Shown here in pieces: positions 1 to 9,080 of a DNA stretch of 52,368 nt (its first letter is position 1; every line of letters starts with the position of its first letter). The position numbers and the translations under genes were made by a program. Below the pieces are notes generated by a model. It made no database searches. It was not told where the DNA came from and saw only the letters and a list, made by a program, of their open reading frames with translations. This DNA is from a virus. The stretch is from IMG/VR virus record IMGVR_UViG_3300045988_112980; one strand, given 5' to 3'.

Positions 1-99
1 ATCCGCGCCACCGCCGAACAGGACACCACGTAACACTTCGCCTGAACTTGGTATGTTGGTATAGTGGTAATCACAGAAATAAGTCGTAGAACCGCCCCC
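1..99. repeat. Terminal direct repeat; 1..99 is identical to 52270..52368 (circular-closure overlap, unit length 52269 bp)
   Basis: Both ends compared base by base, exact 99/99 match. Confidence 0.95.
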
Positions 100-1332
100 G
101 ACAACATCAGGGATGATTTCGCCTCCCTCTCCGAAAATGACTGACTTCACATAAGCCTCCGTGCGGGCTTCATTGCCGACATGGGAATAACCCGTATAAT
201 TGCTGTCATTGAACTTCTCGGGGTCATCAGTGACAAAAACTTTGCTCAACCCTCCTGCGGCGGCTGACTGTATTTGAATGTTGATACCGTCCGTCCACTG
301 CCAAATATGCCCAAACGGGTTTTCGATACCACGATAACGGCACACTTTGACTTTCTTTGAAGAAGTGTCATATTCAGTGGGCATGGTATATTCTTTTTCG
401 CCTGTTCCGTTGCCGAGTTCATCCGTATAGCCACAAGGGATAAAAGGATAATAACCGTTGAACGTGTTCCATTTGCCGCTGTCAAGTGTTGTAACCCCGT
501 CTCCGAGACCGCCTTGTGCATAGCCGTTGCTGTCTTTTGCGGCGTTGTACGCCTTTTGTGAGTTGAGTGTGGCGTATTCAACGGCAAACAGCCAATAAAT
601 GTCTTTCTGAATGTCGTATGTCATACAGTTCCATTCTTTTGTTGACGGCTTTCTTTTCCGGGCGTAGGCTCGGAAGTTGGTACGTGAAATAGACGTTGCG
701 GGTCTTCCAAGTACGGAACGGTATGTGTTGTCCCAATCTGACTGATTGCCACCGCCCCTGTAATCCGCACCGTCATTCACAACTGAACATAGTTTGGTTG
801 TTGAACGCTGTACGGAAGCCTCATAAGCCGAAACGTATTTCTTCTTCACTTGATGATAGCCGGGCAGAGGGTATTCAGAGAACTTCACACGGCGTTTGTT
901 ACCCTCTGTTTCAAACTTGCGATAATACATCGGCAGTTCAACCATGACTTGCCCACGTGAGCCGTCACGGGTCTGACCCGTCCAATCCGATGGGTTGAGA
1001 TATTCAACCACGTTCCCGTTGTCATCAAGAAGACAGCCTTTCATGCGGTTGTGTACGGGTAGGGATTTATGAAGTGACATATTACCGATACGGGTAACGT
1101 CAGGGGATGATACCGTGACATCATATTCAATGCCGTACATACAGTTTTCTTCCATGTAGGGCAACATGGCTGCGAGAGCCGCTTTCTTGCTTTCCCCGTC
1201 TTCCAATACTTCACATAACAGTTTGAACGGGTTGTCGCCTGAAACGTCAGGCAGGTCACTCAATCGTTTTCCGTTTGTGAACGCTTCAATGATTTCCCTT
1301 ACTTTGTTTTCTTCATCTGTTGATAGTGCCAT
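1..1332 (-). CDS. DGR variable (target) protein 1, first 444 codons. The ORF is open at position 1 and continues across the junction to the stop at 52165 (478 aa in total)
   Basis: ATG at 1332..1330, about 30 nt after the upstream stop. The minus-strand frame is uninterrupted to position 1 (MALSTDEENKVREIIEAF...YFCDYHYTNIPSSGEVLRGVLFGGGAD). It is in frame with 52165..52368 once the 99-bp overlap is removed. It is not in the ORF track because it crosses the window edge. Confidence 0.85.
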   Translation of the reverse strand, partial: MALSTDEENKVREIIEAFTNGKRLSDLPDVSGDNPFKLLCEVLEDGESKKAALAAMLPYMEENCMYGIEYDVTVSSPDVTRIGNMSLHKSLPVHNRMKGCLLDDNGNVVEYLNPSDWTGQTRDGSRGQVMVELPMYYRKFETEGNKRRVKFSEYPLPGYHQVKKKYVSAYEASVQRSTTKLCSVVNDGADYRGGGNQSDWDNTYRSVLGRPATSISRTNFRAYARKRKPSTKEWNCMTYDIQKDIYWLFAVEYATLNSQKAYNAAKDSNGYAQGGLGDGVTTLDSGKWNTFNGYYPFIPCGYTDELGNGTGEKEYTMPTEYDTSSKKVKVCRYRGIENPFGHIWQWTDGINIQIQSAAAGGLSKVFVTDDPEKFNDSNYTGYSHVGNEARTEAYVKSVIFGEGGEIIPDVVGGGSTTYFCDYHYTNIPSSGEVLRGVLFGGGAD

Positions 1333-1364
1333 AATTTAAAAGTTTTATTTGTTGAAAAATTATT

Positions 1365-2120
1365 TTAATTGAACCTGAATTTGCCATTTGCGGTCAGGCG
1401 CAAAGTTGATTTTGTACAAAGCCTGACAGACTGCGGAACGACTTCAATATCAATGGTTCGATAAATGCTTGTGTTTTCTGTCGGGATGACGTGTATTTTG
1501 CTTATGCCGACACTGTTCACGGTCAGAAAACCGTCAGGGGCAACGGAAACCGCTTTGTCATCGCCCAAGAAAAGGACATTGTTACCCGTTCCCGCCGGGG
1601 ATAGGGTAGCTGTTACTCTCAGAATGTCTTTGTTCCCTTTGGTTATTTTCTTAGGAAACTCTAATGTCATTCCCGTTGGCTGTTTACGGTCTTTAGCCGT
1701 GATTGTCTGCTCCAATTCTTCCAAACGGGCGAGGGCGGCGTTCATTTCAGCCACACTTTCCGTTGCTTCTGCCGCCGCTTCTCCTGCGGCTGACGCTTGT
1801 TGTTGAGCGTTTGTGGCAGCGGTATTGGCTTGCGTTATTGCAGCATTCACACGCCCTGCCGCCGTATCTGCCGCCATAGCTTTTTCGTTTGCCAATGCTG
1901 CCGCATCGTTGGCTTTTTTTGCGGCTTCTGTGGCTTTTGTGCCCCGTGCGAGGCATTTCCACCAAGCGGTTTCAGTGATGGCGTGTCCCTTGTTATTGTC
2001 TTGTAACGACAAATAGGAACTGTCTTCCGTGTCAACAAAGTCAAACCGCTTGTAAGTCTTTCCGGCGTTATAAGAACCTGCGTCCGTAAACGCCACTTTC
2101 CCTAAAGGTATCTTTGTCAT
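1365..2120 (-). CDS. Tail fibre-like protein with an Ala/Asn-rich helical segment and an Ig-like (Big_2-type) C-terminus
   Basis: 251-aa ORF with AAKKANDAAALANEKAMAADTAAG... followed by ILRVTATLSPAGTGNNVLFLGDDKAVSVAPDGFLTVNSVG. Located in the tail module. Confidence 0.5.
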   Translation of the reverse strand: MTKIPLGKVAFTDAGSYNAGKTYKRFDFVDTEDSSYLSLQDNNKGHAITETAWWKCLARGTKATEAAKKANDAAALANEKAMAADTAAGRVNAAITQANTAATNAQQQASAAGEAAAEATESVAEMNAALARLEELEQTITAKDRKQPTGMTLEFPKKITKGNKDILRVTATLSPAGTGNNVLFLGDDKAVSVAPDGFLTVNSVGISKIHVIPTENTSIYRTIDIEVVPQSVRLCTKSTLRLTANGKFRFN

Positions 2121-2137
2121 ATTCGTGTAACTTTAAG

Positions 2138-2911
2138 TTATCCAACATTCAAATAAAGTTCTCCCGTCTGTTCATCAAACTTGATAAGTTTGTCGCTTAC
2201 TTCATCTTCAAATTCCATGTATAGAATCATGTCATCATCGTCTATGCTGAATGTCGGGTACAGCACGCCGCCTTTTGCGAGCACACCTGTATCGACATAC
2301 TTTTTCTGAGCTTCATCCCATTTCCACCAATTTCCATTGTCTCCCATTTTGGGCGGGTTGTCAGCCTGTTCCTTTGCCCGGTCAGCTTGCGTGTCAGCGT
2401 TCCCCGCCGCCTTATTAGCTTTCGTTGCGGCATTGTTTGCAGAGGAAGCGGCACTGTTGGCTGAGTTGGTGGCGGTCACGGCGGCTTCCTTTATCTCTTC
2501 TAAATCTTCACGGGCTTTGTCCGCATTGGAAGCGGCGGTATTTGCCTTTGTTGCCGCATTGTTTGCGTTGGTTGTGGCGGTATTTGCTGCTGCGGTTGCC
2601 TTGTCAGCGTTTCCCGCCGCCGTGTTTGCTTTCGTAGCCGCACTGTTGGCAGAGGAAGCGGCACTGTTGGCTGAACCCGCTGCGGTGTTCGCACTATTGG
2701 CGGCTGTCTCGGCTTTTTTCGTTGCGGCTACGGCATTTTCATAGGCGGTCTGAATGTGTTCCAGACTGACCTTGACGCTCGTTTGAACCCCATTTATCAG
2801 CTTAACGCCGATAGTGTATAATCCTTTCAGATTGTCGGAAAGGGTTAATTCGCTGATTTTAATTCTTTTCAATCCCATAATGTCATATTCTTTTTCGTAA
2901 GTCAATCGCAA
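2138..2911 (-). CDS. Fibre-like protein with an Ala/Asn-rich repeat (alternative start at 2878)
   Basis: 257-aa ORF with SANSAASSANSAATKANTAAGNADKA repeated at a 70-codon period. The ATG at 2878 lies just after the upstream stop. Confidence 0.5.
   Translation of the reverse strand: MRLTYEKEYDIMGLKRIKISELTLSDNLKGLYTIGVKLINGVQTSVKVSLEHIQTAYENAVAATKKAETAANSANTAAGSANSAASSANSAATKANTAAGNADKATAAANTATTNANNAATKANTAASNADKAREDLEEIKEAAVTATNSANSAASSANNAATKANKAAGNADTQADRAKEQADNPPKMGDNGNWWKWDEAQKKYVDTGVLAKGGVLYPTFSIDDDDMILYMEFEDEVSDKLIKFDEQTGELYLNVG
2393..2674 (-). repeat. Internal 210-bp (70-codon) imperfect tandem duplication inside the fibre-like gene
   Basis: 2393..2464 aligns with 2603..2674, including the identical 26-mer gcagaggaagcggcactgttggctga at 2439 and 2649. 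Confidence 0.8.
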
Positions 2912-3809
2912 ACTCCCCGTCTTCTGTCACAACCAAATCCCGTGTTTCCGTGGCAAGCACAAATTCATCGTCTTCAAGCCTGAATGAAATGAAGCATACG
3001 GTAACGGTAAATTTGAGCCATATTTTATCAGAGGCGTAAAACTCGGACACGGAACAGCTTTTATAATGGCAGGGGTATTCATATCCCGTTTCATCAGAGT
3101 ATAACAGCCGTTGTTCAGGACGCACAAGGTCATACAACAGAGCGTTATAGTTGCGCCACAGTTCAGTCAGTGAGGCGGCTTTCATAAGGCAGTTTATCTT
3201 TACGTCCTTTGCCTTATAGGTCACTTTTTCCCCGTCATACAAAGCCCCGTTCAATTTGTTGATATTGCGCAGGAGGCTGGTCTTGACATTCGGCGATTTC
3301 TCTATTTCATTAAGCGTTCCCTCCAACACATGAACCCCATAAACTGAGAACGGTTTCCCGTCAAGTTCATAATAATCAGAGCCGGGAACAGTGCTTTCAG
3401 GTTCTTTGTAGGTGTACCCGTCCAAAGGGAAATCATCGGCAAGCTTTATCGTGATGAAACCGAGAAGCGTTGCCAAATCCGTGTTAGGGTTTGACACAAG
3501 ACGAAGGCGGTAAGTACGTCCTATCTCCCTGAAATCAAACGTATGATAGGCTTTGTCTGACAATCGTTCTATGAAGCCTCCCCAACGGTAATCCATGCCT
3601 GAGAGAACAATTTTTAAGGAAAATTCCTTCGTGTTCAAGGTAGGTTCTGACAAGTCAGGTTCTATGCCGTCTTCTTCCTGCCAGTCGTTGCTTGTGACCG
3701 CTTTCAGAGGCGGGAACGCCACAAGTTCGTTGTAGCCCCCCTCCTGAACATAGATGCCGTACTCTGTGAACGCATCCTTACCGTCTATGTAAAATCGTCC
3801 TGACATCAT
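2883..3809 (-). CDS. Distal tail (Dit-like) or baseplate protein
   Basis: 308-aa ORF, the second gene after the tape measure, overlapping its neighbours. Assigned by position only. Confidence 0.4.
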   Translation of the reverse strand: MMSGRFYIDGKDAFTEYGIYVQEGGYNELVAFPPLKAVTSNDWQEEDGIEPDLSEPTLNTKEFSLKIVLSGMDYRWGGFIERLSDKAYHTFDFREIGRTYRLRLVSNPNTDLATLLGFITIKLADDFPLDGYTYKEPESTVPGSDYYELDGKPFSVYGVHVLEGTLNEIEKSPNVKTSLLRNINKLNGALYDGEKVTYKAKDVKINCLMKAASLTELWRNYNALLYDLVRPEQRLLYSDETGYEYPCHYKSCSVSEFYASDKIWLKFTVTVCFISFRLEDDEFVLATETRDLVVTEDGEFAIDLRKRI

Positions 3810-4291
3810 AATATTACCGCATTTCCTGACACGTTACGAATTTGTTGGCAACCCGTTGACCCCTTGACGGAAACAACCGCCCAGCCCGAGGCGTTGATGA
3901 ACGCTTTAGCCCCGTGAAGAAGAAAAATTTCATGGCGTTCAAGCGTGTCACAGTTTATCGTTGCGTTTGTACGCCCGATAAGAACCGCTTTTTCCGGGTT
4001 TCTCAGCGTGATTATACCCGCATCAATGTAAACACCGTACTTCTCGGGGTTGAACGGCTTGAACAGCCTGAAAGTCGCTATATTCGGGAAACGGTGTTTG
4101 ATACAGAACTCCATACCTTGTGGGCTTGTGAACAGCCGTATAAGGCTCTGTAAATCTTCCGTGCCTTTGAACATATCACACATACGGTATTTCTCTGCCA
4201 TATTTGGCAGGGAACGGCTATCGCACTCCTGCCGGGCTTGCTCTTTGGCAACCCTCCATTGGGCGTAAACTTGTCTAATAATGTCTTCCAT
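3806..4291 (-). CDS. Hypothetical tail-associated protein
   Basis: 161-aa ORF immediately after the tape measure with a 4-nt overlap to the next gene. Confidence 0.4.
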   Translation of the reverse strand: MEDIIRQVYAQWRVAKEQARQECDSRSLPNMAEKYRMCDMFKGTEDLQSLIRLFTSPQGMEFCIKHRFPNIATFRLFKPFNPEKYGVYIDAGIITLRNPEKAVLIGRTNATINCDTLERHEIFLLHGAKAFINASGWAVVSVKGSTGCQQIRNVSGNAVIL

Positions 4292-4293
4292 AC

Positions 4294-7200
4294 TTATATC
4301 ATTTTTATGCCTTTCAAGGCGAAATCGTTAACTGTATCTTTTGTCTCTTTGACTGAGCTTTCAATGCGTTCAATGCGTCCTGCCATGTTTTCGGTGTGTT
4401 TCTCAATGTTCAATACTGACTGTAAAATCATGTTCACGACAGAAAGAATGATTTTCGTGTTCTCAGCGATTGAATACGTGTGCCCCTGAATGGCTGTCGC
4501 ACGTCCGTTCAATTCATCAACACTTTCTTGCGAAGCTGTGGCAATACCTTTTTGAGAGGCTTCACGGGTTGCATCTGCCGTGACTTCAAACATTGATTTA
4601 ACGCTTTCAGGGAGGGTTTCCCATATCTTGGCAAAATCAGCCCCAACAGCGTTCAGGTCAGAAGCGAAACCACTCATAGATTGAATAACAGCGTCAAGAC
4701 CGACAAACTGACCGTCCTTGAACCATTTAGCCTTGTACTTGTCGAATATCTCCCCAAGAGGTTCTTCAAGAAACTTGGAAACCAACATTCTTTTCATCAC
4801 GTCAGCCACGATGTCTTTGACCTTATCGCCCCATGCCTCGGCGTAATCTTCTCCCGCTTGAAACGCTTCAAAAAAAGCGTCTCCGAGTTCTTTGGCTATA
4901 TCTGAACTTGAACCACCGATAATGTCTTCTACCATGTCGTTGATGATGGCGACAGCTTGTGAACCGAGTTCTTCAATTTTTCTGTTCCATTCATCAATCT
5001 TGCCATGATCCGTGTCTTTCTTATCCTCTTCGTTTCTGATTTGTTCTTGAATAAGAAGTTGCTGCTGGGCGAGGTTTTTAAGCTGCTCTTGGGCGTTACT
5101 GTATTTTTCACCCCCGAGAGCCTTGTCAGCCGTGTAAGCGATATTTGCATACGCCGTGGCGAGTTTCTCAGCGGTCTTTTGAAGCAGTTCAGCGTTGTTT
5201 GAAACGTTGCTGAACAGAAGTCGCCAAGCCCCCGCTACGTCATTGACAGCGATTTTGTTTCTCAGGAGTTCTTTGTAAGTCTCGGATAAAGCCCGTTTCA
5301 CACGTTCAACCGCTTTCCCGCTGTTTTCTTGTAACCGCACAATATCTGCATTGTCAAGTTCCCATTGAAGTTGGTCTATTCTGTCCTGCAGGGCTTCAAT
5401 TTCTTCTTGCTTCTTGTCATCATTGTTGAATAGGTTTACAATCTGCATTGCTATTGACATTGCAGCCGATATGATAGTCAGGATGACAGAAGCCTTTTCT
5501 ACCGTTTGAATGGCTGTTGCCGCCGCTGTCGCTGTTCCCTTAATACCGGTTGCAGATATATTCACGAGCTGAACAATGCCGTTTATCATTGACAGAGAAG
5601 CGGTCATAATGCTGCCAGCCGTTGAAATGATTTCGCCTGCCACGCCGCCAACTGTGTCGCCGATACTCTCAAACTCCCGTTCACATTCTTGAAGCGTTTT
5701 ATACAAATCTTCCCACTCTTTGATTGAACGTTTATCGGGGCTGACATCGTTTTTCGCTTGCGCTTTTTCCACTCCTTTTTTAGCCGTTGATACCTTTGCA
5801 CGGGCAACGGACAACTTATCAGAAGAACCTCCGTTCTTTTCAAGTTCTTCAAGTTCCTTTTCCGCTTGCTCCAATACCTGCTTCAACTGTTCAAGGGTCA
5901 TGTCGGCTATCTTCTCACACCAAGCATTATATGTTTCTTCACGTTGGGCGAACTGTTCATCAATTTTCTGATACGCCTCTGTTTCGGCACGGTTCAGTTC
6001 ATCCACGTTCCCTTGTGTGACACCCTTGCGGAGTTTCTTATTCCCGTCTTTATCCGTTTCATATAGGCTTTCACGCTTCTTGGCGTATTCTTCGGCGATT
6101 TGCGCACGTTGCTGTTCATAGGTCAGAATGTCTTTCATCATATCGTCAAGGGCTTGTTTGTTACCTTTGACTTGAATCTGCCTTGCAACTTCGGCATAAG
6201 ACTTTAACATCGCTTGCTGCTCGGAAGAAAGGTCAGCGGTTGTCAGGTTCAAGGAAGCCCGGTATTCAAGCTGTTGTTCCTTTGTCGCTTTCGGGTTCTG
6301 ATTGAGCCATTCAAGCACTTTTTTATCTTTCAGGTCTTCAATCATTTTCTGCGCCCGTTTATCGTTCTCGGAGATAAGGCGGTCATAATTCAACTGCACC
6401 TGCGCAACGGTCTTTTCATAACCATCTTCAAGTTCGTTGATTTGAGCCTGACGGATGTCTATCTCGGCTTGTGAAACTGCTTCTGAAACCTTTGCTGAAT
6501 ACTCCTTGATTTTAGCCGTGCGTTGGGCTGTTTCATCGGCGATTTTCTGCTGTTCTTTAGCGAATCTCTTTTCCTCGTTCTTTTCCTGCGTTGTTTTCTG
6601 GCTTGTACCCGCTTGTTCAAACAGTTTTTGAAAGTCAGATGAAACAGAGGTCATTTTCTCGGCATACTTGTTTATACGGGCGTCTATTTCGTTCAGAACA
6701 GGGTCATTGGCGATTGTCTGTTTGAACGCTTCACGGGCTTTTCTCGCACCCGCCTCGGTGTAAACCCATGCTCCGCTGCGGTCAACGTATTCATAGCCTC
6801 CTTGTGTCGTGTGTGAATATCCCGGCACTTTGCTTCCCGCCTGAATCTTATCCATTTGGTCTTCAAGAGCCATTTGGCGTTCAACCCTCTTTGCGTAGGC
6901 TTCATCAAGACGGGATTGCCATGCGGCGGCTTCCGCACGTTTCTGAAAGGCTTTCATCATCAAGGAAGTGTTCTTGACAAAGATGTTTTCAGCATCATTG
7001 ACGCTGTTGACGGCAATTCCCAGTTCTTTGAACTTCGCCTGACTTTCTTTTATCCACTCACGCTTTTCATGGGCTGACTTGCATTTCTTGTATTCGTCTT
7101 GAAGACGTTTATACGTTGAAATGGCTTTGCCCGCTGATTCGCTAACCTGTTTGTTGAACGCCTCGGCTTCCTCACGTTCCTTTTTCAGAGCGTCAGCGGC

Positions 7201-8295
7201 TTCGTCCGTTGATTTTCTGAAAGCAAGGAAAGCTGTCACGGCGGCTGCAAGAACAGACAGAACCAAACCAAGCGGATTTGCTTTTACAGCCATGTTGAAA
7301 AGCAACATAGCGTCTTTGGCTGAACGTATAGAGGTTGTTAGAGACAGAAAAGCACTAACAGTTCCCCAAATGTTCATCAATTTATGTGCGGCTGCGACAG
7401 CGATAACGGCGGCTTTATATGCCCCGTATGTAGCGATGATTGTCAAAAGGATGTTACCGACTGTTTCCCAGTTCTCAATCAGGGTTGAGACAAGACCAAG
7501 AGAGGTGTTTATTACCCCCTCCTGCGACTGACCTATGGCATTGAACATTGTGTCGATTGCGTCCTCAATGTTTGAAATCTGCCCCGTGATTGTTTTTGAC
7601 TGAGCTTCCATAAGACCGCCGAATTTACTGCCCTCGTTGGTCAGGTTCTCAATGGCTTTCTGAACTTCGGGAAATCCTACTTTTCCGTCTTCAACAAGTT
7701 GTTTGACCTGATTTTCTGCTACGCCGAACTGTTTCGCAAGTTCTTCCATAAGAGGAATGCCACGCCCCAAAAATTGATTAAGGTCAGCCGTGTACAAACG
7801 TCCTTGAACCATTGTTGTTCCGTACAGATAGGCAAGGTCATTGATAGGGATTGAAAGCCCGGCGGCGATGTCCCCGAGGCGTATCAAAGTGCTGTTCACG
7901 TCATTTGCGGCGACACCGTAGGCAAGAAGCTGTTTTGCGGCTTGACCGATGTCTTTCAGACCGAACGGAGTTGTGGCGGCTGTCTTGACAAGCTGGGTCA
8001 TCAAAACATCTGCCTGACCCGCAGAGCCGAGCATGGTTTTGAAAGCGATTTCAAGCTGTTGGAATTCTCCACGGACAGTCGCAACGTGCGTGATGAAATC
8101 TTTTATCTGAGACACGGCAAACACACCAGCGACAGTTCTGCCGATTCTTTTGAATGAATCGTCAATCCTTGCACCTTCGTCAACCGCTGTTTGCCCTATA
8201 CCTTGGAGCAAACGCCGTGATTCGGCTGCGCCTACCCTTAACTGGGAGTTGTCAAGCCCGACACCGTAATTCAGTCTTCCTTTATCGTTGTTCAT
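4294..8295 (-). CDS. Tail tape measure protein
   Basis: 1333-aa ORF that follows the chaperone pair. It has long coiled-coil and TM-like segments typical of siphovirus tape measure proteins. Confidence 0.85.
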   Translation of the reverse strand: MNNDKGRLNYGVGLDNSQLRVGAAESRRLLQGIGQTAVDEGARIDDSFKRIGRTVAGVFAVSQIKDFITHVATVRGEFQQLEIAFKTMLGSAGQADVLMTQLVKTAATTPFGLKDIGQAAKQLLAYGVAANDVNSTLIRLGDIAAGLSIPINDLAYLYGTTMVQGRLYTADLNQFLGRGIPLMEELAKQFGVAENQVKQLVEDGKVGFPEVQKAIENLTNEGSKFGGLMEAQSKTITGQISNIEDAIDTMFNAIGQSQEGVINTSLGLVSTLIENWETVGNILLTIIATYGAYKAAVIAVAAAHKLMNIWGTVSAFLSLTTSIRSAKDAMLLFNMAVKANPLGLVLSVLAAAVTAFLAFRKSTDEAADALKKEREEAEAFNKQVSESAGKAISTYKRLQDEYKKCKSAHEKREWIKESQAKFKELGIAVNSVNDAENIFVKNTSLMMKAFQKRAEAAAWQSRLDEAYAKRVERQMALEDQMDKIQAGSKVPGYSHTTQGGYEYVDRSGAWVYTEAGARKAREAFKQTIANDPVLNEIDARINKYAEKMTSVSSDFQKLFEQAGTSQKTTQEKNEEKRFAKEQQKIADETAQRTAKIKEYSAKVSEAVSQAEIDIRQAQINELEDGYEKTVAQVQLNYDRLISENDKRAQKMIEDLKDKKVLEWLNQNPKATKEQQLEYRASLNLTTADLSSEQQAMLKSYAEVARQIQVKGNKQALDDMMKDILTYEQQRAQIAEEYAKKRESLYETDKDGNKKLRKGVTQGNVDELNRAETEAYQKIDEQFAQREETYNAWCEKIADMTLEQLKQVLEQAEKELEELEKNGGSSDKLSVARAKVSTAKKGVEKAQAKNDVSPDKRSIKEWEDLYKTLQECEREFESIGDTVGGVAGEIISTAGSIMTASLSMINGIVQLVNISATGIKGTATAAATAIQTVEKASVILTIISAAMSIAMQIVNLFNNDDKKQEEIEALQDRIDQLQWELDNADIVRLQENSGKAVERVKRALSETYKELLRNKIAVNDVAGAWRLLFSNVSNNAELLQKTAEKLATAYANIAYTADKALGGEKYSNAQEQLKNLAQQQLLIQEQIRNEEDKKDTDHGKIDEWNRKIEELGSQAVAIINDMVEDIIGGSSSDIAKELGDAFFEAFQAGEDYAEAWGDKVKDIVADVMKRMLVSKFLEEPLGEIFDKYKAKWFKDGQFVGLDAVIQSMSGFASDLNAVGADFAKIWETLPESVKSMFEVTADATREASQKGIATASQESVDELNGRATAIQGHTYSIAENTKIILSVVNMILQSVLNIEKHTENMAGRIERIESSVKETKDTVNDFALKGIKMI

Positions 8296-8306
8296 TGTTT
8301 CTGCCT

Positions 8307-8603
8307 TTAATCACAGGTTTCAAAAAATTTCCTTACTTCTTCCTTATTTCTCGGGTCATCTGCCTTGATAACTTTTTGTTCTTCATCCTTTTTCCCGTCA
8401 TTTTTCTTTTTGTCGTATGTCGGGAGAATAGCCCCGTACATTATCATGTTCGTATAGCTGATATTGTACAGAACATAGTCAAAGGTCAGATCGTAGCCTT
8501 TTGCAAAACCGCCTATGACAGCCCAAATGCTGTCATTCAGTTCTCCACTTTCCTCGGATGAAGAAGATTGAGTTCTGTCAGGAAAGTGGTAAGCCCGAAA
8601 AAA
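8307..8603 (-). CDS. -1 frameshift extension of the tail assembly chaperone (GT-like product 9052->8307)
   Basis: I translated the -1 frame from the slippery site. It gives 96 sense codons with no stop, ending at TAA 8309..8307, about 11 nt upstream of the tape measure ATG. Confidence 0.6.
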   Translation of the reverse strand, partial: FFRAYHFPDRTQSSSSEESGELNDSIWAVIGGFAKGYDLTFDYVLYNISYTNMIMYGAILPTYDKKKNDGKKDEEQKVIKADDPRNKEEVRKFFETCD

Positions 8604-9052
8604 TCGGCTATCTGCATTCTTGATAAGATTTGGCTTACAATCAGGTTAAGTTCTCTCGGGGAGACATCTTCAAGAAGTTCTTTTGCAAGCTCCGCTTTCT
8701 TGTCAATGGTAATTTCAACTTCAATCGTGTATGGGCGGCGAATAAGCCCGCACAGATACCGTTTCTCTTTGATTTGCGGAACTTTTTTCTTTTCTGTGAT
8801 GCTCTTTGCGCCAAGAATGAGAATAGCCGCTATATCGCCGAGAATGCGGCAGTCTTTCGCTATGGATAATGTTTCTTCAACGACCTTCTCCGTGTCAAGG
8901 GCAATATGTGGGAGTTGTGAAATCGCTTCTGAAACAAGTATGAGGGTTGCCGTACTTGCGGGGGCAACCTGATATGACTTTTCGCCTACCTTGACTTCAA
9001 AAGGCTGTTCAAGGATGGTTTCAGCAACCGTTTGTTCTATTGTCTTATTCAT
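8537..9052 (-). CDS. Tail assembly chaperone (G-like, zero-frame product)
   Basis: 171-aa ORF between the major tail gene and the tape measure. Confidence 0.6.
   Translation of the reverse strand: MNKTIEQTVAETILEQPFEVKVGEKSYQVAPASTATLILVSEAISQLPHIALDTEKVVEETLSIAKDCRILGDIAAILILGAKSITEKKKVPQIKEKRYLCGLIRRPYTIEVEITIDKKAELAKELLEDVSPRELNLIVSQILSRMQIADFFGLTTFLTELNLLHPRKVEN
8597..8603 (-). promoter_or_regulatory. Slippery heptamer T_TTT_TTC for a programmed -1 ribosomal frameshift
   Basis: The in-frame reading GAT TTT TTC matches X_XXY_YYZ, 20 codons before the zero-frame stop. Confidence 0.6.
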
Positions 9053-9080
9053 ATCTGACGAATTTCTAAGTTATGATTAG

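Noticed and set aside
1-99. The terminal repeats as transposon ends, LTRs or genuine phage direct terminal repeats
   Set aside because: The repeat falls inside a coding sequence and inside VR1, and it restores a single in-frame gene. This fits an assembly overlap of a circular or permuted genome better. True terminal repeats cannot be excluded without reads.
246-1259. ORF-track entries 246..587(-), 696..947(+) and 1041..1259(-)
   Set aside because: They are out of frame or antisense to the uninterrupted 444-codon minus-strand frame (1332->1). That frame has a sensible start, continues in phase across the junction and carries VR1.
2337-2744. Ala/Leu-rich plus-strand ORFs (2337..2744, 1813..2016 and similar) antisense to the fibre genes
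   Set aside because: They are mirror-frame artefacts of GCN-rich coding repeats on the minus strand.
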